DNA of 64,000 nucleotides from an uncultured Thermofilaceae archaeon (lineage in GTDB: Archaea > Thermoproteota > Thermoprotei > Thermofilales > B69-G16). The notes beneath the pieces were generated by a model. The model did no database searches and was not told the origin of the DNA. It worked only from the letters and a program-made list of their open reading frames with translations. The stretch is from NCBI GenBank assembly GCA_964501905.1, contig CAZCTW010000002.1:67821-131820 (forward strand), in the 5' to 3' direction. The position numbers and the translations under genes are program-made. Shown here piece after piece: positions 8,564 to 18,217 of the stretch (position 1 is the first letter of the stretch; each line of letters starts with the position of its first letter).

Positions 8564-10114
8564 ATGAGCAGGGAGGAGTTAAAAAACGGTATAGCCCATA
8601 AATTAACTCTCCAAGACCTAGCTAGTTTCTGCGCCCGCTTAGGCTTCTTTTATCCCAGCGGTAGGATCTACGGGGGCTTAAGCGGATTTTATGACTATGG
8701 ACCTTTAGGAGCTGAGCTTAGACGTGAAATCCTCAACGATTGGTGGTGGTACTTCGTCGAGCGTAGGGACGACGTGCTGGGAATTCACGGCTCCATAATA
8801 ACTCACCCCCGCACTTGGATTGCTAGCGGCCACGTAGAATCTTTCATAGACTTCATCGTAACCTGTAAAAAATGCGGGTCAGAGTATAGGGCCGACCACC
8901 TGCTAGAGGATCTAGGGATACATGTTCCCGAATTAACCCTGGAGACTTTGTCTAAGCTAATTAAAGAACACGGTGTACGCTGCCCTAAGTGTAAAGGTGA
9001 GCTAGGAGACCCCGCCCCCTTCAATTTAATGTTCACCACGTATGTTGGCCCTAAAAAGACCGCAGCGAGCCTAGCCTATCTAAGGCCGGAAACTGCCCAG
9101 CTGATATTCACTAACTTTAGAAACATTATAATGACTATGGGCGTTAAGCTGCCTTTTGGAATAGCTCAGTATGGTAAGGCTTTTAGAAACGAGATATCTC
9201 CTAGAGGTTTCCTATTTAGGCTTCGAGAATTTGAGCAGATGGAAATCGAGTACTTCGTTAACCCTAAAAAGCTTGACGATTGCCCCTACTACGATGAAGT
9301 AAAGGGAATGGAGATAAATCTGCTCTCCGCCGAGATGCAGGAAAGAGGGGAGAGAGAAGGAGTAAAGATTACTATTGAAGATGCCGTCGATAAAGGGCTT
9401 ATAGGCTGTAAATGGCACGCTTACTGGATAGCTGAGTCGCTACTATGGCTAGAGAGCATAGGCGTAAAACACAACAGGTTGAGAGTTAGAGAACACATCA
9501 AGACGGAGCTAGCCCACTACGCTGTCCAAACTTTTGACGTTGAGTTCCTCTTCCCGCAAGCTGGTTGGAAGGAGATAGAGGGCATATCCAATAGGAGTGA
9601 CTATGATTTAAAAAGACACCAGAAGTATAGTGGAGAGGAAATGCATATTTACGACGACGGTGAAAAGGTAATCCCCTATGTTATTGAGCCGTCTTTTGGA
9701 CTAGAAAGAGTAATTCTAGCCGTACTCTTCAGCGCTTATAACGAGATTAAAGGAAGGAGAGTTTTATCTTTACATCCCAAAATAGCTCCAGTTAAAGTAG
9801 GTGTTTTCCCTTTGGTTTCAAAACCCCAGTTCGTGGAAAAAGCTAGGGAAATTTACACTATACTTAGAGAAGAGTTCAAGACCATCTACGAAGCAAAAGA
9901 TAGCATAGGGAGGAGATACGCTAGAGCGGATGAGAGAGGCGTTCCCATCTGCATCACCGTAGACGGGCGGACTTTTGAAGATGATACCGTTACTATCAGG
10001 TTTAGAGACACACGAGAGCAGATAAGAGTGCACATATCGGAGCTTGAGAATGAGATAAGGAGAATTTTCAAAGAATGGGATAAGATCGCGCTTCCCTGCC
10101 AGGTGTCTACGTGA
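8564..10114 (+). CDS. glyS: Glycine--tRNA ligase (archaeal/eukaryotic alpha2 type)
   Basis: FFYPSGRIYGGLSGFYDYGPLG, YLRPETAQ, FRNEISPR and EPSFGLER are class II GlyRS blocks. Length is 516 aa. Confidence 0.95.
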   Translation: MSREELKNGIAHKLTLQDLASFCARLGFFYPSGRIYGGLSGFYDYGPLGAELRREILNDWWWYFVERRDDVLGIHGSIITHPRTWIASGHVESFIDFIVTCKKCGSEYRADHLLEDLGIHVPELTLETLSKLIKEHGVRCPKCKGELGDPAPFNLMFTTYVGPKKTAASLAYLRPETAQLIFTNFRNIIMTMGVKLPFGIAQYGKAFRNEISPRGFLFRLREFEQMEIEYFVNPKKLDDCPYYDEVKGMEINLLSAEMQERGEREGVKITIEDAVDKGLIGCKWHAYWIAESLLWLESIGVKHNRLRVREHIKTELAHYAVQTFDVEFLFPQAGWKEIEGISNRSDYDLKRHQKYSGEEMHIYDDGEKVIPYVIEPSFGLERVILAVLFSAYNEIKGRRVLSLHPKIAPVKVGVFPLVSKPQFVEKAREIYTILREEFKTIYEAKDSIGRRYARADERGVPICITVDGRTFEDDTVTIRFRDTREQIRVHISELENEIRRIFKEWDKIALPCQVST

Positions 10115-12003
10115 TAGACGATATCATAAGGCTTTTTAAAAATGAAGTCTCCGGAGTGAACGCTAAGCGCTATATATCTGGCATCTCTAACTTCCATAGA
10201 ATTCAAGTAAGCCCCGGCCTCCACGAAGCTATAGCTTATATCGAGTCTAAGCTTAGAGAATTCGGCTATGAGCCGAATATCTATCGCTATCCCGCCGATG
10301 GTAAAACCGAGTATCTAGGTTTTAGAGCTCCTATAGGGTGGAAGGTTAGGGACGCAGAATTGAAAGTTGTAGAACCCGAGGAAGTTCTAATAGGCAGGTT
10401 TATAGATAATCCGACTCTAGTAATTGCTCACAGCGGCTCCGCCCCCCAAGGCATGAAAGCCGAGTTAGTCGATGTTGGAAAAGGCATGAGAGATTTAGAT
10501 TACAGCATGGACGTCACGGGCAAGTTCGTCTTAGCTTGCGGTTCTCTGCGCGTAGTCTACGAAAAAGCCGTTGTCGAAAGAGGGGCGGCGGGCATTATAC
10601 TCTATAGAGAAGATATTTCGAATCCTCACGCATATCCTTATTTAGGCTTTTGGCCCACGGCGGAGGAAGTGGAGAAAATCCCGCCCATGTTCTCTATACC
10701 TTTAGAAAAAGCTTTAAAGCTAAAAGAGTTGCTCAGGAAAGATAGAGTAGTCGTCTACGCCCGCGTAGAAACCGAGTTCTACACGGGAGATATAGAGGTT
10801 CTTGAAGTCCGTATACCTGGTTCACGCGATAAAGACGTGCTCCTCATCGCCCACATATGTCATCCCATGCCCGGCGCCAACGATAACGCCTCGGGTAGCG
10901 GGTTGTTACTGGAGCTCACCCGTGTTGCGCGCAGATTACATGATAAAGGAGCCTTAAAGCTAGGATATGGCTTGAGGTTTTGGTGGGTTCCAGAGTTTAG
11001 CGGAGTATACGCTCACTTGGCGGAAAATCCTAACGTGTTGAACGAGATAATCTCTGTTATAAACTTAGACATGGTTGGCGGTCACCAAGATAAAGTAGGC
11101 GGAGTATTGACGATAATCGGCGTAGCAGAGTTTAGTCCATGCTTTCTCCCCCTCATAGCCTACTACATATTTGAGAAGACTGTAGAAGGACCTAGAGCAT
11201 ATGCTAGACCAGAGGTTCTCCCTATTTTAAGATTTAAATTAACCGAGTACGAGGGCGGCAGCGACCACCACGTGTTTGCCGACCCGCTTAGAGGTATACC
11301 GGCGACCGCTTTTATCGAGTGGCCCGACAGGTACTACCACTCAGATTTAGATGTTGTCGATAATATAGATCCCATATTGTTGAAGAACGTTGGCGCCGTG
11401 GCGCTGACGCTCGCTTACGTCATATCTAGGATAAATGAAGAGTACTTCCAAGAGTGCCTTCAAGCAGTTTACAGTTGTGCTTTAAGTTTTCTTTTTGAAA
11501 ACGCTAGAAAGCTGATGGGGGAGCAGAAGTGGTATGCTTTAAAAAAGCTAGACTTGCTATCTCGAGTATACTCCGATGCCTTAAAATCCCTATCTATATT
11601 CGAAATGGGTAGAAAATACGCGTCGATGCTGGAGAGAGTATGTGAGAGGATAATTAAGGTAGGCGAGGAACTTAAGAAGGAACTTGTGGAGAAAAGACTT
11701 CTTAAAGAGGGAGAAGAGCCAATTCTCGATAGTGAGATGGTTTATAGGAGGACTAGAATGTCTATAGTGAGGATATATGATATCTACCGTTATCTTGAGA
11801 AGGATGACAAGGATTGGTGGGTTAGGAAAGTGATAGAAGAGAAGAAAGGCTCCGTCGTAGATTTGTTCTATTACCTTGTAGATGGTAAACGTTCACTAAG
11901 GGAAATCTATGATATATTAAAACTTATCTACAAAAATTTAAAGGAAGAGGATTTAATAAAGATAGCTGATATTTTAGAAAAAACCGAATGGTTAGAACGA
12001 TAA
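10111..12003 (+). CDS. M28-like aminopeptidase-fold protein (DUF4910-type) with a C-terminal winged-helix-like region
   Basis: HICHPMPGANDNASGSGLLLEL and EYEGGSDHHVF are M28/DUF4910-like metal-ligand blocks. The GTG start overlaps the glyS stop (GTGA). Confidence 0.65.
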   Translation: MIDDIIRLFKNEVSGVNAKRYISGISNFHRIQVSPGLHEAIAYIESKLREFGYEPNIYRYPADGKTEYLGFRAPIGWKVRDAELKVVEPEEVLIGRFIDNPTLVIAHSGSAPQGMKAELVDVGKGMRDLDYSMDVTGKFVLACGSLRVVYEKAVVERGAAGIILYREDISNPHAYPYLGFWPTAEEVEKIPPMFSIPLEKALKLKELLRKDRVVVYARVETEFYTGDIEVLEVRIPGSRDKDVLLIAHICHPMPGANDNASGSGLLLELTRVARRLHDKGALKLGYGLRFWWVPEFSGVYAHLAENPNVLNEIISVINLDMVGGHQDKVGGVLTIIGVAEFSPCFLPLIAYYIFEKTVEGPRAYARPEVLPILRFKLTEYEGGSDHHVFADPLRGIPATAFIEWPDRYYHSDLDVVDNIDPILLKNVGAVALTLAYVISRINEEYFQECLQAVYSCALSFLFENARKLMGEQKWYALKKLDLLSRVYSDALKSLSIFEMGRKYASMLERVCERIIKVGEELKKELVEKRLLKEGEEPILDSEMVYRRTRMSIVRIYDIYRYLEKDDKDWWVRKVIEEKKGSVVDLFYYLVDGKRSLREIYDILKLIYKNLKEEDLIKIADILEKTEWLER

Positions 12004-12186
12004 TTTAAAACAGTCTCTTTCTGACTTTTTATTCATGAACAGCTTCACTCAAAGGTATCATCGATGTAAGTGAGCTTAGGTAGTATTACATTTTAATTAT
12101 TTAGTAATATTAATAAGGTAGCGGGATCATCATTAACATATGAGCCAGGCGTACTTCACCAGCAAAGCTCCTTAAGGGGGTAGCCT

Positions 12187-12597
12187 ATGAGAAAGGAGGA
12201 ATTATTAGATTTCGCATCTTACCTTCATGGACATTTGGGGCCCTTTCTGGTTTTAGGCTTAAAGGCGGGGCTTTTAGCTAATAAATTGATTGGAAGAGAT
12301 CCTATGGGTAATCTAGTCCGTGTATATTTGCCCATGCGGCGGCCTTACACTTGCTTTCTCGACGGCGTCCAGGTAGCGACTGGCTGTACTTTAGGTAAGC
12401 TCAACATTAAAGTTTTCGAAGCTACTAACGAAATACGAATGGAAATTTGTGGCAGCAAAGCGTCTCTGGTGATTGAAGTTAAGAAGGAAATTCTAAAAGA
12501 GATATTAGAAAGTTTCAAGAGTATACCCATGGAGGAGGAAGCTCTTAAAATTTGGAATAGAGAGGACTCCTGTCTTTTTACCTGGAAAATGCTCTAA
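12187..12597 (+). CDS. FmdE-domain protein (formylmethanofuran dehydrogenase subunit E-like)
   Basis: ASYLHGHLGPFLVLGLKAG followed by CFLDGVQVATGCTLGK is the typical FmdE N-domain pattern. Confidence 0.7.
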   Translation: MRKEELLDFASYLHGHLGPFLVLGLKAGLLANKLIGRDPMGNLVRVYLPMRRPYTCFLDGVQVATGCTLGKLNIKVFEATNEIRMEICGSKASLVIEVKKEILKEILESFKSIPMEEEALKIWNREDSCLFTWKML

Positions 12598-12637
12598 TAC
12601 GTAACTATTTTATTCGTGCTATTTTTTACTCAATACG

Positions 12638-13063
12638 GTGTACGAGGTGGGCAAGGTAAAGAGAATAAGCATAACTCTCCCCGAGGAAGTGCTAAATGAT
12701 TTAGATGATTTAATGGGAAAATTAGGAGCACAAAATAGGTCTAAAGTCATCTCTAACGCCATAATATCCTACATATCGGCTACGCGGTGGATGCTGGGGG
12801 AAGGATTGGTCTCTGGATCTATAACGTTGATGTATGACCACGAGAGGGGAGAAGCTGTCCGCAGGATAACTCACATTCAACATGAATTCACTGACGTTAT
12901 AAAGGCTACGATACACATCCATCTCAGCGAGAGACTATGCTTAGAGATAATCAGTGTTGTCGGCGACGTAGAGAGATTAAAGAGCCTTTTAAACGAGCTT
13001 AGGGATATTAAAGCCGTAGTAGGAGTTGCTTCTTCGCTTTTTCCTATGAGAGAAAATGACTAA
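12638..13063 (+). CDS. nikR: NikR-type nickel-responsive regulator (ribbon-helix-helix plus ACT-like metal-binding domain)
   Basis: RISITLPEEVLNDLDDLM...RSKVISNAI is an RHH fold. The C-domain carries His residues (HIQHEF, HIH) and a CLEII motif. GTG start. Confidence 0.75.
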   Translation: MYEVGKVKRISITLPEEVLNDLDDLMGKLGAQNRSKVISNAIISYISATRWMLGEGLVSGSITLMYDHERGEAVRRITHIQHEFTDVIKATIHIHLSERLCLEIISVVGDVERLKSLLNELRDIKAVVGVASSLFPMREND

Positions 13064-13125
13064 GCCGGGTAAAACTTGAGGGTAAGGTAGGTTACTATAA
13101 ACGCAGCTAGTGCCCCTCCGACCAA

Positions 13126-13521
13126 TTAGGAGATAGAATGCGCTTTCATCTTATATCTAGCCCACATCGTCAAAATTAAGGGTAAGTACAGTACAGAGTA
13201 GCGATAATCAAGTACCAGAGCTAGATAAGTTACAGGACCCGCCACTCCGGCCGAGTGAATGCTTATCTTCCATTTTAAAGTGATGAAGAGGAGTGTTAAA
13301 GTCACCGTAAAGTAGCAGAGCATATACGGTGCTAAGAGCTCATACTTAAAGCTTTTAAAAAGCGTAAATCCGACTAAATGACTAAGCAATGTTATCAAGA
13401 AAAACTTCATCCTCTTTTCACGCTTCATCACGAATATATCGGTTTTCCCCTTTTTAACATCAAGTAATATCGGAGCAACCGGAAAGATTAAGAGAAATAA
13501 TGATGCCAAGAAATAAGCCAC
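13126..13521 (-). CDS. Small integral membrane protein, possibly PAP2-superfamily remnant
   Basis: Four hydrophobic helices. ISIHSAG and RYKMKAH resemble PAP2 motifs 2 and 3 (SGH, Rx5H), but motif 1 was not seen. Confidence 0.35.
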   Translation of the reverse strand: MAYFLASLFLLIFPVAPILLDVKKGKTDIFVMKREKRMKFFLITLLSHLVGFTLFKSFKYELLAPYMLCYFTVTLTLLFITLKWKISIHSAGVAGPVTYLALVLDYRYSVLYLPLILTMWARYKMKAHSIS

Positions 13522-13627
13522 CGGATCCCCTTCTCGCTAGCCGCTATAATTGGTAAAAAGTACACGGCTATTAAAGGCGCTGAAGTTAGATAAGATAGCA
13601 GCCCAGCTAAGGTTAATGCTTTCAGTC

Positions 13628-14734
13628 CTATCTCCTCCTGACGATACTATATCCTCCATATTTAGCCCATATCGAACACGTACCTTCACTGGAGACCATA
13701 CAGGGTCCGTAAGGCCTACTGGGAGTACAGGTTTTGAGAAACATCGGGCAATCGGTAGGCACGGCCTTGCCTAGAATTACGTCAGCACACCTACATCCAG
13801 GAGGGAGGTCTAGAACATCTTTTATCTCAACGCTGTATTTTTCACGTGCATCATACCGCTTATATTCGTCTTTAAGTGCTAAAACGCTACTGGGCAGTAC
13901 CCCTATACCTCTCCACTCCCCATCTATCGGATTAAAAACGTCGTTCATCAACTTTTTGGCTTTTAAATTCCCCTCCCACTTTACAACTCTGGTGTACTCG
14001 TTTACTATCTTAGCCTCCCCCCTGTACACCTGTCTAAGCAGGATATTCACAGCCATTAAGAAATCTATGGGCTCGAAGCCCGCTACTACGACGGGTATGC
14101 CGTAGTCCTCGGCTACAAAACTCCAGGAAGAAGCCCCCATTATAGCCGATACGTGTCCAGGAGCTATAACTCCGTCCAGGGGTATCTCTGGGTCGTCTAG
14201 CACATATTTAAGAGCAGGAACTGTAAGTCTGTGGCTTACTAGGAGAGTCATATTTTCGGGTATATTGCCGCTGTAAATGTGGGCAGCGGGTATAGGAGCG
14301 GTAGTTTCAAACCCCACAGAGAAAAATACAGATTCCCGCCGGTCCGATTTAGCTAGTTTAATAGCGTCTCCGATACTATACACGACTCTCACATCTCCTC
14401 CTTCTGTCTTAGCGTCCGCAAGGCTTTTACAAGACCCAGGAACTCTGTACATATCCCCGTAGGTGTATACTCTAACGCCGTTTAAGGCGAGTTCTATAGC
14501 CTCGTCTATCTCCCTCGCCGGTACGACGCAAACAGGGCATCCCGGTCCAGCTATTACCTTTACCTTTTCCGGCAGTAAACTCCTTAAGCCATAGTAGGTC
14601 ACTGTATGCTCGTGAGTTCCACACACATGCATTATCTTTATCTCTCCCCCTATTCTCTCTGCTATTTTCTTTATATCCTCGGCTATCTCTAAAGCCACCT
14701 TTTTATCGCGAAGAAATATCCCTCTGAAACTCAT
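13628..14734 (-). CDS. hypD: [NiFe]-hydrogenase maturation protein HypD
   Basis: MHVCGTHEHT, GPGCPVCV and FETT blocks are characteristic of HypD. Confidence 0.95.
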   Translation of the reverse strand: MSFRGIFLRDKKVALEIAEDIKKIAERIGGEIKIMHVCGTHEHTVTYYGLRSLLPEKVKVIAGPGCPVCVVPAREIDEAIELALNGVRVYTYGDMYRVPGSCKSLADAKTEGGDVRVVYSIGDAIKLAKSDRRESVFFSVGFETTAPIPAAHIYSGNIPENMTLLVSHRLTVPALKYVLDDPEIPLDGVIAPGHVSAIMGASSWSFVAEDYGIPVVVAGFEPIDFLMAVNILLRQVYRGEAKIVNEYTRVVKWEGNLKAKKLMNDVFNPIDGEWRGIGVLPSSVLALKDEYKRYDAREKYSVEIKDVLDLPPGCRCADVILGKAVPTDCPMFLKTCTPSRPYGPCMVSSEGTCSIWAKYGGYSIVRRR

Positions 14735-14747
14735 GGCCTCCTTCCCA

Positions 14748-15776
14748 TTAACATATCCTGGGAACTATCTCCCCTGTTGGTTTTTCAACGATTCTCACTC
14801 CTCCGGCCAGGGTTTCTAACAGTACATAGCCAGGCCTCTCTAGAGTAACCTCGCCTATAATCTCCGCATCTTTAAACCCCATCTTCCTCCAGGCCTCTAC
14901 GATCTTCTCAGCGTCTTGAGGTGGAGCTGATACCACTACTTTGCCTTCGCAAGCCAACACTAGGGGGTCTACCCCCAGCATTTCGGAGTATGCTAGAACC
15001 TCCTCTTTAACCGGTATCCTATCTTCGTATACGTAAATTGTTACCTTATTTTTGGATGCAAAATCGTTTAGCGCGGAAGCTAGACCTCCTCTAGTTAAGT
15101 CTTTTGCCGCATGCACGTCTCCCTTTTCGAGTGCGGTCTGCATGACTCGGGTTAATGGTTGAACATCGGAGCGTAAGTTAGTGGATTCTACGTCTAATCC
15201 GGCTTGAGCCGCCATTATGGCGGCTCCGTGTTCTCCTATACTCCCGTTCACTAATATTTTATCTCCAACTTTCACGCCCGTGTCCATCACTATCCTATCG
15301 GCGACTCCTATCCCCATGGTGGATATTACTATGCCGTCTAGCTTGCCGCTTGGCATAACTTTAAAGTCTCCTCCTAATAGCGCCACGTTTTCCTCCTCCA
15401 AGACGCTTTTAAAGGAGTCTAAGATACGGGTTAGGTCTTTTATGGGAAAGCCCTCCTCAACTACTATGGTGTCGAGTATAGCGATTGGCTTGGCCCCCAT
15501 AACAGCTAAATCGTTTATAGATCCACAGGCGGCTAGCTTGCCTATATCTCCTCCAGGGAAGAATAGAGGGTATACCGTGTAGCTATCCGAAGTCACCACT
15601 AGGTGTTTCCCGCACAACTTCTCAGTAATAGGTATCGAAGCTCCATCGTCAAGCTCTTCGAGCCCTACTCCGTTAAACACCTTCCTCAATTTGAAACGGG
15701 GTTTGATCAACTTCTCTATAATCTCCGAAGTCTCCCGTCCCCCTCCACCGTGCGCGAGTTTTATCCTAGCAACCAC
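14748..15776 (-). CDS. hypE: [NiFe]-hydrogenase maturation protein HypE (carbamoyl dehydratase)
   Basis: AIR-synthase-like fold motifs and the diagnostic C-terminal PRIC. Confidence 0.95.
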   Translation of the reverse strand: MVARIKLAHGGGGRETSEIIEKLIKPRFKLRKVFNGVGLEELDDGASIPITEKLCGKHLVVTSDSYTVYPLFFPGGDIGKLAACGSINDLAVMGAKPIAILDTIVVEEGFPIKDLTRILDSFKSVLEEENVALLGGDFKVMPSGKLDGIVISTMGIGVADRIVMDTGVKVGDKILVNGSIGEHGAAIMAAQAGLDVESTNLRSDVQPLTRVMQTALEKGDVHAAKDLTRGGLASALNDFASKNKVTIYVYEDRIPVKEEVLAYSEMLGVDPLVLACEGKVVVSAPPQDAEKIVEAWRKMGFKDAEIIGEVTLERPGYVLLETLAGGVRIVEKPTGEIVPRIC

Positions 15777-15781
15777 TTAGA

Positions 15782-16027
15782 TCACCCTAATTCTACCCTA
15801 CCTCCTAGGGCTTCTATAACTTCCTTCCACGCACGTATACTCTCCATCGCTTCTTTCTCGTCTAACCTTTCTATTATGGCTCCTGCATGAACTATCACAT
15901 ATTCTCCAACCTTCAAATCAGGAATTAGAAAGGCGTCTACTTCTCTCTTTATGCCGCCATAGTCTACAATTGCACTTTTACCTCCATTTCTGATTTCCAC
16001 GACTTTGGCCGGTACTCCCAGGCACAT
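15782..16027 (-). CDS. hypC: [NiFe]-hydrogenase maturation chaperone HypC
   Basis: Starts MCLGVPAKVVEI, with the essential N-terminal Cys2. Length is 81 aa. Confidence 0.9.
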   Translation of the reverse strand: MCLGVPAKVVEIRNGGKSAIVDYGGIKREVDAFLIPDLKVGEYVIVHAGAIIERLDEKEAMESIRAWKEVIEALGGRVELG

Positions 16028-16141
16028 AACGATCTACCAAGCTCGACTCTAATTATTCGAGAGCATTATTTATAGGAATCTCTTTTCAAACTCCGCATCT
16101 CATAATACTCTGTTTTTACAACTCATCCTTCGGGAGCCAGT

Positions 16142-16936
16142 TTATAGGTAGGGAAAATTAGCGATTTTTTTAATTATTCTTCCTGTTATTCTCTCGAATT
16201 CCATAGCGAAGAGTTTAGAATCTAGAGGAGTGCCTCCTCTAGCTATAGCATCTTCGACCCCCGGGTCTAGAGGCAATTCCCCTAAGAATTCTATGTCGTA
16301 TTTCTCCGATAGAATTCTGGAGCTTGAACTACCGAAGAGATGAATCTTTTTATCATTATAGCGTATATACGACATGTTCTCTATAAGACCCAGAATTGGT
16401 ATTCGCTCTCTCTTCAATAGGTTTATCAATCTCTCAACAACGGAGATCGAGAGGCGGGATGGAGTAGATACTACAACCGCACTGCTCTTCGACTCGAATA
16501 GCGTTAATATGGAGAGAACTTCGTCGCCTGTCCCTGGAGGCAGGTCTACTACTAAGTAGTCTAGCTCGCCCCAGTCCGTCTGAGCGAAAAGATCCCTTGC
16601 TAGGGAAGCTTTAGCGTCCCCCCTTATCGGCAGCGGCGAGTCCTCGTCTACGAAAAAAGCTATTGACATGAATTTTAAGCCGTAAGCATTGCAGGGCTTC
16701 AACCCCCTCACACTACTTTCAGCAGAAAATTTACATTTTAGGATTTTGTGAAGGCTAGGACCGTGGAGATCGACGTCTAGAAGCCCTGTTTTAAACCCCA
16801 TTTTCGCAAAACTTAGTGCTATAGAAGAGGAGATTATGCTCTTGCCTACTCCTCCCTTCCCGCTGCCTACCAGAACTACGGCTTTTATATGTTGGAGCTT
16901 TTCTTTCGCCAATTCTATGCTAGGACTCCCGCTCAT
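16142..16936 (-). CDS. Mrp/MinD-family P-loop ATPase, likely the ATPase-type HypB nickel-insertion partner of HypA
   Basis: Deviant Walker A GSGKGGVGKS. It overlaps the hypA stop by 4 nt. The Mrp/NBP35 CxxC Fe-S motif position reads ENMSYIRYNDKKIHLFG, with no Cys. Confidence 0.7.
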   Translation of the reverse strand: MSGSPSIELAKEKLQHIKAVVLVGSGKGGVGKSIISSSIALSFAKMGFKTGLLDVDLHGPSLHKILKCKFSAESSVRGLKPCNAYGLKFMSIAFFVDEDSPLPIRGDAKASLARDLFAQTDWGELDYLVVDLPPGTGDEVLSILTLFESKSSAVVVSTPSRLSISVVERLINLLKRERIPILGLIENMSYIRYNDKKIHLFGSSSSRILSEKYDIEFLGELPLDPGVEDAIARGGTPLDSKLFAMEFERITGRIIKKIANFPYL

Positions 16937-17379
16937 TTCTTCACCACTATCTTACGGATTTTAACTTCTCGTCCTTGGGTTACGAGGAAATTGCTACTTC
17001 CGCATTTAGGGCAAGTCGCTAGAGCGTAGATTAAATCCGGCATGTAGTGCAATGGAAGATCGAGAGCGCCCTCTTCGTTTTTAATAAGCCTATCTTTTGA
17101 AAAATTCCGTGCTATTTGCTCTTTTGCGGTTTCAAAATCCCAGGTGTACCCGCACTTCTCGCACTTAAATTCTGCTTTCTCAATTTTAAAGATTATATTC
17201 GCTCCTTCCATTATCGAGCCTTTAGCGAGCATATGGAATGCTTCCTTCATTATATCCAAGTCAAGTTGCATAAGCTCCCCGACCCCCACCTCAATTTCCA
17301 AAATCTCCTTTACGTTTTGAGCTTCTGCAAATTCTAGAGCCGCCCTGTATATACCCTCCGCCAAGCTCCACTCGTGCAC
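16933..17379 (-). CDS. hypA: [NiFe]-hydrogenase nickel metallochaperone HypA
   Basis: (M/V)HEWSLAEGI N-terminus (MHE Ni site) plus zinc-site cysteines CEKCG ... CPKCG. The ORF extends to 17409, but GTG at 17379 gives the canonical MHE start. Confidence 0.9.
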   Translation of the reverse strand: MHEWSLAEGIYRAALEFAEAQNVKEILEIEVGVGELMQLDLDIMKEAFHMLAKGSIMEGANIIFKIEKAEFKCEKCGYTWDFETAKEQIARNFSKDRLIKNEEGALDLPLHYMPDLIYALATCPKCGSSNFLVTQGREVKIRKIVVKK

Positions 17380-17452
17380 GCTACCACCTAACTGTAATAA
17401 GAAAATCAATAAATATTATAACCCTTGCGGATATTACCTCTGAGGGGAGAAA

Positions 17453-18217
17453 GTGGCAAAATGCGATTACTGCGGCAAAGAGGTATATCTACCCTATAGG
17501 TGCAAGTACTGTGGAGGACTTTTTTGCGTAGAACACCACCTACCCGAAAACCATAACTGCCCCAATCTGAAAAGAGGAGAGTGGAAACCCGTCTACCTTC
17601 CGAATAGGTACGCTACGAGATACGAGATGTACACTGAGAAAGAACTGGTTAGACGTAAGAAACCTCCCTTATTCCACGCCAGCGAAATTCGAGACCTCCT
17701 CTTAGCTATAGGCGCGGTATCCGTCGTCTACTTGACGTACGCGCTGAGCATTTTCGATATACGCGCAGCTATATACGCTTTAATCGCCGTGCTGATCGCA
17801 TTTTTCGTTCATGAAATGGCGCATAGGTTTACCGCTATAAATCTAGGCTATAAAGCTCGATTCGTAGCCAGCACCCAAGGATTAATATTGACGCTGATAT
17901 CGGCCTTATTACCGATTAAGATCTTGGCGCCAGGCTACGTCGCTATCTACGGGCGTTATGGCGGTAAGCCAAAAGATCTTGGTCTAATAGCGTTGGCCGG
18001 TCCTCTTTCGAATATATTGATAGCTGTGCTGGCTATATTGGTGCCTTTTTACTGGCTTTTTAAATTCTTCATAATTGTAATTAACTTGGATATTGCCTTG
18101 TTTAATCTGCTGCCCTTCGCCATATTAGATGGTTATAAAGTGTTTAGGTGGAATAAGCTAGTATGGTTGGTGATGTTTCTAATTACGGCGGTGTTATGGT
18201 TTTTTATGAGGTTTTAA
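17453..18217 (+). CDS. AN1-type zinc finger fused to an M50/site-2-protease-like membrane metalloprotease
   Basis: The N-terminal CDYCGKEV...CKYCGGLFCVEHHLPENHNC is an AN1 finger. It is followed by several TM helices with HEMAHRF (HExxH) and a later LLPFAILDG motif. Confidence 0.75.
   Translation: MAKCDYCGKEVYLPYRCKYCGGLFCVEHHLPENHNCPNLKRGEWKPVYLPNRYATRYEMYTEKELVRRKKPPLFHASEIRDLLLAIGAVSVVYLTYALSIFDIRAAIYALIAVLIAFFVHEMAHRFTAINLGYKARFVASTQGLILTLISALLPIKILAPGYVAIYGRYGGKPKDLGLIALAGPLSNILIAVLAILVPFYWLFKFFIIVINLDIALFNLLPFAILDGYKVFRWNKLVWLVMFLITAVLWFFMRF

Noticed and set aside
12100-12135. AUGAUGA on the minus strand of the 12004-12186 spacer
   Set aside because: No CUGA follows within 70 nt downstream on that strand, so it is not a C/D sRNA.
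13550-14462. Plus-strand ORFs of 74, 123 and 61 aa across hypD
   Set aside because: They are shadow ORFs antisense to the strongly supported hypD.
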